In this document: in pieces, positions 56,898-64,000 of the stretch
Position numbering within the stretch: the first letter of the stretch is position 1
Layout of the letters: each line of letters opens with the position of its first letter
Virus record (IMG/VR): IMGVR_UViG_3300045973_000170
Coordinates: 62,842-126,841 of that record
Length of the DNA: 64,000 nucleotides
From: a virus
Taxonomy: Duplodnaviria > Heunggongvirae > Uroviricota > Caudoviricetes
Reading direction: 5' to 3' (one strand)
Notes under the pieces: generated by a model
Told to the model about the DNA's origin: nothing
The model's database searches: none
What the model saw: the letters and a program-made list of their open reading frames with translations, nothing else
Position numbers and translations under genes: made by a program

Positions 56898-59579
56898 TTA
56901 TGCGCTATCTTTGGGCAACTTCGACCAACCACCCTTGGGTGTCTTGGCCAATTCATCTTTTGCCGCATCAATTGCCGACTGTGCTTTGTCGGCTCGCGCC
57001 TTTTTCTCTGCCCTGTAGCGAATTTGCTCCGGGGTCAAACTTCCGTCATCTGCTTGTGATTCCTTTGATTTTCTAATCTTGTCGTAGACCTTTTCCTTGT
57101 AGTCCTCATCCGACACAGATTCGCTTTGTACAAGACTCATGAACAGCTTTGTCATTTCCTCATCCAAGTCAGAAATATTCTTGACCTCAAACAATTCAAG
57201 GGTCTTGTTAAAACGAACTTCAAAATCTTCCTTTCGTACACGCTTCTTTGAATTCACATCTGAAACATCTGACGCATCATCGATATCTTTGAACCATGAA
57301 GTCTTTGAAGGCTTCACAACCTTCTTTGGTGTATCGTGAACAGTCTTTGTGACAGGGGTGTGTAGACGATTAATAGCGTGTGATGTACCCTTTGTTCTTT
57401 TCTGTACCTTCTTGATTGAACTATCTACCCCACGCTGATTACCTTTCATCGCATGTGTAGCATAGTTCAACAAATGATCATCACGATCCTGCAATGAATG
57501 AGCGATATACTTAACGTAGGTATCCTTATGCAACTCATCGATTTCAACTTCTTCCTTGACTGCACTCTTAACATGGGCCTTGATTTTTGCCATAGCAGTA
57601 TCAACACCCTTCTCTCTGTTGTCCAGCTTCCGTGCCTTGTTGGGATCAATGTCATCCCGATCATACTTCAAACCTTTACCCCGTTTCCAATTCCGAAGGG
57701 ACTCAGCTTCATCGCGCTTTGCAAAATCGGCTGACGCCTTCTTGACATAGGAACCAAGTACCTTCTTCAACTCATCCAACTGCTCTTCGGTCAAGACCAC
57801 GTTCTCTTCGGCCAAAATGTCAGCCAAGTCAAGATAAGAAGGATCAAAGCTACTAGTAATGCCGTTGGTTGTTCCAGCACCGAAGTACTTACGACGGCGC
57901 AATTCATTACGCGCCTTGGACGCAATCTTACGATCATTGACACTCACCTTTCCACCATGACTTTTCTTATTCTTGACCATACCAGCCAAGGTCTGCAACA
58001 TGCCTTGTGGGGTCTTGCGATAGTTTACATCTTCGTCAAGCACTTCCCCATTCATAACCATGTCCATATTCAGCTTGAGTTGTTCTGCCTTTCCGGTGGG
58101 CATGGGCTTATCCTTTTTTGGTGCTGGTGTCTGCCTTCCGTCAAAATCCTTCTGGGCTTTGGCGATGGCTGAAATCTTGTTTGTGGGATTAGTCCTATTC
58201 CAAAGGTCTTGTGACTTCTTGATCAATGGGTTATCAGATACACGGCGACCTTCCTCAGGAATGAATTCATCCTTGATAGCACGGACTCTTTCAGTTGATG
58301 CCATTTTGAAATCCTTTGGTTGCTTGGGGCCACCCGGACGAGAACCAATTTCTATTTTTCTCGGCGCATGAGAAGGAATTTTCGGTGTCTTTCCACCCAA
58401 CGGTGTATGAACAGCATTCATGGTATCAATCATATTCTGAAAGAAGCCCTCATTTTTTGGTGTGAGTGCATCTTCCTTCTTCTTCCAAAGTGCCGCTTGA
58501 AAATCCTTCTTGCGCTGAACGCTATCCTTCTTGGTCATCTTGACTTGCTTGCCAGATGCCATATCGTATCGATACTGATTGTCGCGGCCTTCTGTTACCT
58601 TAACTTCAGAATTTGCCTTGTCAGCAATCTCTTTGCTCTTGGTCTTATTGTGCTTTGACTCTTCATCATCATAGGGGTTTGGACGGGTAAGCTTGCCGCC
58701 CTTCAACCAGTGAGGTTGCTTCTTGACGGTGCCTGACTTGATATCTGTTTCTGTACAATTCTCATGAATCTCAACATCATGAGCAAGAGTACGAGCCTTA
58801 TCGCCTGTCTCGGTCTTGTTGCGTACTGATCCCTTATCCTCATAAGGATTTGGGCGTTCCAACTTCTTTCCCTTCAACCAACGGGGCTGTTGAGGTACCG
58901 TTCCAACTGTCTCTTCATTGGCAATTTCCTTCTTTGCACCCTGTCTATCCTTATGGGCGGCAAGCTTCTTTGATTCCTTTCCCGCCTTTACCCAACCCCC
59001 AAGTCTCTTAGAACCATATTCCTTCGTTCTCTTTCCACCACGATCCTTGTAGGTCTTCCCTTCTTCAAGCTCAACCTCTTCCTTCCTCAACTTTTCTCTC
59101 GCCAAATTTTGTCCATGTTTTCTATTTGCAAACTTCTTCACATCTGGTTGCGCCTTTTTTGGGTCACTCTCTTTCTCCAATCTATCCCAAATTTCGTCTG
59201 AAGACTTTTGAGAATGAGTTAGATATGTTTTGAGTGTAGGCTTACGCAACTCGTCCAACTGTTCCTGTTCAGCCATGTCGGTTTCCTCTGGCATGTATCG
59301 GTTACTGACTGAATCATTACGATTCGCGGCAACCTTGTTTCGAATCAAGCGATAGATTCCTGCCTCTCCCAAACCCAATTCTAGCAATTCTTCAATGAAT
59401 TCGTAGAAAGGCTTTCGGATGATCAATGGAAGGAACGCATCAGTCTGTATGAGCTTCAAAGCTCGCTTGATATACGGGAGTTTGGCCACAGGCATCATAC
59501 CCAAGCGTACCAATTGTTCGGCTTTTCCCGACCAATCGTGTACTTCGTTAAGTTCTTCTTGGGTAAGGTTATAGGACAT
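56898..59579 (-). CDS. large Lys-rich protein (893 aa) with internal ~27-aa repeat
   Basis: QPRWLKGKKLERPNPYEDKGSVRNKT and KQPHWLKGGKLTRPNPYDDEESKHNKT repeats. Confidence 0.5.
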   Translation of the reverse strand: MSYNLTQEELNEVHDWSGKAEQLVRLGMMPVAKLPYIKRALKLIQTDAFLPLIIRKPFYEFIEELLELGLGEAGIYRLIRNKVAANRNDSVSNRYMPEETDMAEQEQLDELRKPTLKTYLTHSQKSSDEIWDRLEKESDPKKAQPDVKKFANRKHGQNLAREKLRKEEVELEEGKTYKDRGGKRTKEYGSKRLGGWVKAGKESKKLAAHKDRQGAKKEIANEETVGTVPQQPRWLKGKKLERPNPYEDKGSVRNKTETGDKARTLAHDVEIHENCTETDIKSGTVKKQPHWLKGGKLTRPNPYDDEESKHNKTKSKEIADKANSEVKVTEGRDNQYRYDMASGKQVKMTKKDSVQRKKDFQAALWKKKEDALTPKNEGFFQNMIDTMNAVHTPLGGKTPKIPSHAPRKIEIGSRPGGPKQPKDFKMASTERVRAIKDEFIPEEGRRVSDNPLIKKSQDLWNRTNPTNKISAIAKAQKDFDGRQTPAPKKDKPMPTGKAEQLKLNMDMVMNGEVLDEDVNYRKTPQGMLQTLAGMVKNKKSHGGKVSVNDRKIASKARNELRRRKYFGAGTTNGITSSFDPSYLDLADILAEENVVLTEEQLDELKKVLGSYVKKASADFAKRDEAESLRNWKRGKGLKYDRDDIDPNKARKLDNREKGVDTAMAKIKAHVKSAVKEEVEIDELHKDTYVKYIAHSLQDRDDHLLNYATHAMKGNQRGVDSSIKKVQKRTKGTSHAINRLHTPVTKTVHDTPKKVVKPSKTSWFKDIDDASDVSDVNSKKRVRKEDFEVRFNKTLELFEVKNISDLDEEMTKLFMSLVQSESVSDEDYKEKVYDKIRKSKESQADDGSLTPEQIRYRAEKKARADKAQSAIDAAKDELAKTPKGGWSKLPKDSA

Positions 59580-59808
59580 TTTTGCTCCGTGGGTTTCTTC
59601 TATTTATAAGAGTAGGGATTTCCCTATCTCCATTGTCCTGCGTTTCGATCTTCCAGAATTTTCAGAATACTGATGTAGATGGTGATATAGTGTTCCACTT
59701 CTTCAGGGGATGGCGCACAAGGAATAGCGATCTTATCGATCCGGGTTCTGTAATACTCCCTGAAGTATTCATAATACGCTATCCGTTCTTTCACATATTC
59801 CGTATTGG

Positions 59809-60507
59809 TCATTTGGTTTTAATGACAAAATGCTTAATGGCCTGATCACCAATAACAGTGGCAATCACACCACCAACAAAGGCTTGGGTTCTGGAAGGCT
59901 TCTTGAACAACCCAAAGAAGAACTTATCTGGGTTCTCAGGGGGTTTTGGAATATCAACCAGATTCGTTCTGGCACTATCCAAGGACGTTTGAAGTATTTT
60001 CTTCTCAGAGAACAACACCCCATTAATCTTTCTCAGGGCAATATTCTCGTTTTCCTTGGCCAACATGGAGAACTTGTAGACCACAATCGTACTATCCTGT
60101 GACTTGATCAACGTATCCTGTGCGGGGATGACAGTACGAGCCAGTACCACGCTGTCGTTGGTTGCCCTCTTGAGGCTGTCAATCCTCGTCTTGAGGCCAG
60201 CAATCACCTGAGGGTTGGGCATGGCTTCCTTGAGCCTTGCAACCTCTGCACGGGCATCATTCGCATCAACGATGTAAAGGACAATCTCTTCATCCTTCCT
60301 GTCGATGACCTTCTTGACACTGTCTAACATCTTGACAGTTTGTGCAGTTTGTGCCTGAAACACCTTGTACTTATCGATGTAGCTTTGAATCTCGCTCTTC
60401 GAACTATTACTGGTGACAACATTAGTGACCAGAAACACCACAGCCGCAACTAATACAAGCTGTGCGGCTTGTGGAATTGCTTTCAAGAACTCCCATACTT
60501 TGTTCAT
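59809..60507 (-). CDS. N-terminally anchored coiled-coil protein (spanin or lysis-accessory candidate)
   Basis: N-terminal TM helix LVLVAAVVFLVTNVV; downstream of holin and endolysin. Confidence 0.35.
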   Translation of the reverse strand: MNKVWEFLKAIPQAAQLVLVAAVVFLVTNVVTSNSSKSEIQSYIDKYKVFQAQTAQTVKMLDSVKKVIDRKDEEIVLYIVDANDARAEVARLKEAMPNPQVIAGLKTRIDSLKRATNDSVVLARTVIPAQDTLIKSQDSTIVVYKFSMLAKENENIALRKINGVLFSEKKILQTSLDSARTNLVDIPKPPENPDKFFFGLFKKPSRTQAFVGGVIATVIGDQAIKHFVIKTK

Positions 60508-60510
60508 AGT

Positions 60511-60870
60511 CTACCTCTTTTCGGGGTCAGTGTAACGGTCTTCATCAGGCTCATCGGGCTTGTCGTGCTTGCCCTTGAGAGAAAACTTATCGGCAGTATC
60601 CGCACCCAGACACGCCATGGCAATCATCATAATGGCGTTGACAATGGAATCGGACGGCTTGGCTTCTGGAAGGTATACGGTAAATGCTAACGACATGCAC
60701 AAATAGATGGTACACAAGTAAGCCAAAAACGGCTTAATTGAAACACCACCACGTTCATCAAGGAACAACTCATAGTGAAATCTGATGAATTTTTGTACGA
60801 AGTTCATATTAGGAAGCGTTAAGGATTGGATAGAATTTCTTGAAGAGTTTGAGTCTGTCATCATAACCAT
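60511..60870 (-). CDS. holin-like small membrane protein (true start may be MNFVQK at ~60810)
   Basis: Two or three TM segments; immediately downstream of endolysin, start overlaps lysin stop. Confidence 0.4.
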   Translation of the reverse strand: MVMMTDSNSSRNSIQSLTLPNMNFVQKFIRFHYELFLDERGGVSIKPFLAYLCTIYLCMSLAFTVYLPEAKPSDSIVNAIMMIAMACLGADTADKFSLKGKHDKPDEPDEDRYTDPEKR

Positions 60871-61411
60871 TCATTCCACCATTCACGACCTTTGTAATTC
60901 GTGTAACGACTGCATCAGAATCCCCCAGATCGGCAATGGCATTGAGATTTCTGCTGTTCCAATACCATGCCGCTGAGAGCAATGGGTATTTCGTCGCAAC
61001 TAACTCAGGCTGTTCGATGATGTTCTCTTCCACAAGTTTATCAAAAGAGGCGTAGTTAACTTTACCCGTGAGTTGGATGAAACCCCTACCACGATACTTG
61101 AAGCCCTCTCCTGAAGCTTCGTCGCCATTGCCCATGCGGTTTGCATAAACGCGAGAGCCGATACGCTGTCCTTGACGCGCATAGCTCTTGGCTAGATCAT
61201 CTGGGAAGTACTTATGGAAGACCCTGTTCAAGGCTTCCTCTGAGTAGTTCAGATTCTCGACGGTAGCTGTAAAATTCCAGCTTTCATGACCACACTGAGA
61301 CAGGAAATGCCCCAAGCGAAGTGGGGTATTGACTGAAAATTGGGTCATAACGTTGGGTATTTGTGCGATTACGGTTGCCGGAATCGCACCACTTAGTTTG
61401 TTGATATCCAT
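60809..61411 (-). CDS. endolysin, glycoside hydrolase family 19 (chitinase-like)
   Basis: GHESWNF ... FKYRGRGFIQLTGKVNY catalytic-region motifs of GH19. Confidence 0.7.
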   Translation of the reverse strand: MDINKLSGAIPATVIAQIPNVMTQFSVNTPLRLGHFLSQCGHESWNFTATVENLNYSEEALNRVFHKYFPDDLAKSYARQGQRIGSRVYANRMGNGDEASGEGFKYRGRGFIQLTGKVNYASFDKLVEENIIEQPELVATKYPLLSAAWYWNSRNLNAIADLGDSDAVVTRITKVVNGGMNGYDDRLKLFKKFYPILNAS

Positions 61412-61627
61412 TTTGAGTTACCAGAATAAGGTGAAGATGAGGTTCAGATATTGAATAGGCTAATCGCCGGATTTCCTGTAACAACTCAGGTTGTTTGTAG
61501 GTATATCATCCCTCGTCTGCATTGGTATTTATGGATTGGAAAAAGCCAAAAACATGGGGACGTTACCAGATCGGCAACGTCCCCACAGCCCTTTCTACAC
61601 TTATGGTCGGTAGATGGGTACTCCTAT

Positions 61628-63073
61628 TTATGCCCTCGCTCTGGCCCTCACTTCGGCATAATCATAGAACATCTTGAACTGCCCATCCTTCCACACAGTC
61701 TTCAACTCAGACTGTTCAAGCTCATCCACCGTGGCCTGATTCTTCAGATAAAGATTACCATCCTTATCCCTGAGAACAGCCAACATACCCTTGGCCGATT
61801 CCTTCATACCATTGTCAGTGATCGGCTTCTTGAACATGTCAATTGGCGTTCCATTGATTTCACAATGGGTGGCCTTCATCGCCATGTTATAGGTGTCACG
61901 GGTGACGTACTGATAGGTGAAGCTACCCATGCCGAAGACCATGTTGGCCGAAGCAAACCCGTTCTCTTCCAACCCCTCAAGGATAGCATTGAGGCGTTCA
62001 ATGTTGATCGAATCGCCGTAGATGCAACCAATGTGGCTGTCCAGAAGCTTGTAACCACGCGAGGTTGTGGTGCCGCCGAAGACTTCCCAAAGCAACTGAA
62101 TGACTCCCTTGTACGCAGGACTCATGTACGGCGCATCCTTGTCACCACAAATGATCTTGACAGGATCGCCAGAGTCAGGACGAATGACCATCTTTCCATT
62201 GCGATTCAGGATTTCCCTCTTCAGCGAAGGAAGAATTTCCGTCAACAGTCTCCACAAGTCCCATGTATCAGAGACATAAGAGAAGATTCCTTCCGGATAC
62301 AAGTCAATCAAACGACTGACCGTTTCCCGTTCCCCACCTTCCCCACCAGCACACACCACTGAATGCTCTGTTGCAGCAACCGATCCCGCAATAAACGTTT
62401 CTGTTGGGTAGTATTCCTCAATCAGGTCGATGGCAGGAATGGTATCGGTACCCGTGAAGAATAACAGGTGACCAGCACCGCTAATCATTGCGGCCTCAAG
62501 CCCCGGCATACCACGGAAGCTGAAGTCATGACCCTGCCAATCCACAAACTCCTTGGGTGAACCCGTGCGCTCTGCGTACTGATCCAGCACACGCCGGAAC
62601 TGTGACGCTGTGGTGGCTGACGTTGTCGGCATCCACAAGACGTTGGACAGAAGGGTTTCAAAGTAGTTGGTAAGCCAAAAGAATTCCGGCACAGTGTTCA
62701 CCACGGTAAACATAGGAACTCTCAAGGGGACATGCGTACCCTCAGGAAGTGCCTTGAATTCCAACGGGAGATACCCAAGGTTGTGCAAGGCGCGAATGTG
62801 ATCGGTACCGATGGTGTTAGGGCCAAGATAGCCGTTCACTCGACGGGCATACTTCTCACAGACCTTCTCTACATTCTGTTCGAAGAACCCCCTATTGAAC
62901 TCTTCCATCAGATACTTCTTGAGAAAGTACTGAAGACCAAAGAACACAACATGAGTCTCACCCTTTACGCGACTTCCACGGGGTGTCAGGTTGCTGTAGA
63001 CGCTTTCTGTACCCTGAGGATACTGGCGTCGGTGATCCAGCTTGTAGCCATCAATTGCGGTAGAAATGTTCAT
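61628..63073 (-). CDS. nadV: nicotinamide phosphoribosyltransferase (NadV/NAMPT); start at MNISTAIDGY
   Basis: MNISTAIDGYKLDHRRQYPQGT N-terminus and overall NAMPT-like length. Confidence 0.7.
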   Translation of the reverse strand: MNISTAIDGYKLDHRRQYPQGTESVYSNLTPRGSRVKGETHVVFFGLQYFLKKYLMEEFNRGFFEQNVEKVCEKYARRVNGYLGPNTIGTDHIRALHNLGYLPLEFKALPEGTHVPLRVPMFTVVNTVPEFFWLTNYFETLLSNVLWMPTTSATTASQFRRVLDQYAERTGSPKEFVDWQGHDFSFRGMPGLEAAMISGAGHLLFFTGTDTIPAIDLIEEYYPTETFIAGSVAATEHSVVCAGGEGGERETVSRLIDLYPEGIFSYVSDTWDLWRLLTEILPSLKREILNRNGKMVIRPDSGDPVKIICGDKDAPYMSPAYKGVIQLLWEVFGGTTTSRGYKLLDSHIGCIYGDSINIERLNAILEGLEENGFASANMVFGMGSFTYQYVTRDTYNMAMKATHCEINGTPIDMFKKPITDNGMKESAKGMLAVLRDKDGNLYLKNQATVDELEQSELKTVWKDGQFKMFYDYAEVRARARA

Positions 63074-63975
63074 AGTTGTACCCCCATAAAGTAGTTGCAA
63101 ACGTTGATTGTCTTCACTGTCCATGGCTCCATTTCTTTGGTGCCAACCACTGAATCCGTTGAAATGATGTTCTTGAAGTAAATCTTCAACGACTCCAATC
63201 CCTTGGTAAACAAACCATGGGTTACATACAAACTCAATTCAACATCAGGTGAAATCTTATTGATTTTGTCGGCCAACCCAATGAAGGTGCCGCCACCATC
63301 ACAAATGTCATCCACAATAAGGAAATGACCCTTGGAAGGAAGATCGTGAATCCAGAAATCGGTAATCTTGCCTGTCTTCGTTTCACGGGTCTTTCCACCC
63401 ACAAAGAGAGGGAGTCCAAGATGCTTGGCTACACCCATGGCTCGCTTTGTAGCTCCCGAATCAGGAGCAATGACGCCTGTGAATTCTCCTTCAAGTTCGT
63501 ACATTGGAAGAGTAGAATTCGCCGCTAGGATGCTCTTTTTCTCTGCATTGAAAATCTGTGCTGGTGACACCGCCACACAGCGATCAATCAAACCAGAGAT
63601 AACGTCTGAATGAGGATCAAAGATAGTGACCGAAGGGAAGTTTCTGGCGTTGATCATCTTCGCCACAGACTTGGCTGTGAAGAGAAAATCCCCACCACCT
63701 TCCATCTGGCGATCCTGTCTTGCCCCCGGAACAAAGGGAAGGATCAATTCAGGCACATCCCCATATCGATCCGCAAAGGCATCCACGAAGAACATGGCAC
63801 CCACGAATTGATTCATGGTTGCAGGACGAACGAGAAGCTTTCGGCCCCCATTCTTTATTCCATTCGTGAACACAATCTGCGATGGGGCAAACCGAATAAG
63901 GGGTTCCCCACTTGGGTACTCAGCGAAATCGATGATCGTAATACCGCCACCATCACGATAGATGATATTGCTCAT
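63070..63975 (-). CDS. prs: ribose-phosphate pyrophosphokinase (PRPP synthetase)
   Basis: PRPP-binding loop HFLIVDDICDGGGT; Prs-like N-terminus; ATGA overlap with nadV. Confidence 0.65.
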   Translation of the reverse strand: MSNIIYRDGGGITIIDFAEYPSGEPLIRFAPSQIVFTNGIKNGGRKLLVRPATMNQFVGAMFFVDAFADRYGDVPELILPFVPGARQDRQMEGGGDFLFTAKSVAKMINARNFPSVTIFDPHSDVISGLIDRCVAVSPAQIFNAEKKSILAANSTLPMYELEGEFTGVIAPDSGATKRAMGVAKHLGLPLFVGGKTRETKTGKITDFWIHDLPSKGHFLIVDDICDGGGTFIGLADKINKISPDVELSLYVTHGLFTKGLESLKIYFKNIISTDSVVGTKEMEPWTVKTINVCNYFMGVQL

Positions 63976-64000
63976 TTAGGATACCGGAAGAGTTTCGTGG

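Noticed and set aside
1-64000. CRISPR arrays or integrase/att sites
   Set aside because: No evenly spaced direct repeats of CRISPR type were seen. No tyrosine or serine recombinase motifs were noticed. The dense lytic-type gene content argues against a prophage boundary in this window.

Overview
This window looks like a 64 kb piece of a large virulent dsDNA phage genome (T4-like or jumbo style). Coding density is high and nearly every gene is on the minus strand.

- **1-15.1 kb:** Dozens of small hypothetical early-type genes. At least 13 are preceded by the same ~75 bp cassette: an inverted repeat, a sigma70-like -35 TGACA, a 17-bp spacer, a -10 TATCAT, and a conserved leader and SD. A small plus-strand island (16.1-17.0 kb) includes a NUMOD3-type protein.
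- **Two tRNA regions:** An array of about 48 tRNA and tRNA-like genes (22.4-23.3 kb and 24.8-41.9 kb) is interleaved with small ORFs, an HNH endonuclease and an endonuclease VII. It contains several non-canonical tRNA-like elements. A ~1 kb ORF-free, promoter-driven structured RNA at 35.36-36.37 kb shows co-linear islands of similarity to small-subunit rRNA.
- **42-55 kb, replication and nucleotide metabolism:** ATP-dependent DNA ligase, RNase H/FEN, an SPFH lipoprotein with a small membrane partner, a GIY-YIG endonuclease, a class II-like RNR, two MazG-like proteins, ThyX and a primase.
- **55-64 kb:** Repeat-rich structural-type proteins, a holin and GH19 endolysin cassette, and an NAD salvage pair (NadV plus PRPP synthetase).
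- **Scattered enzymes:** Two radical SAM enzymes, a phosphoribosyltransferase, an HD-domain hydrolase, a GroES-like co-chaperonin, a vWA protein, a secreted Amidase_2, an RNA-ligase-like protein and a metallophosphoesterase.

Everything was read by eye from the sequence. tRNA boundaries are ±3 nt, and anticodon calls are tentative where stated.
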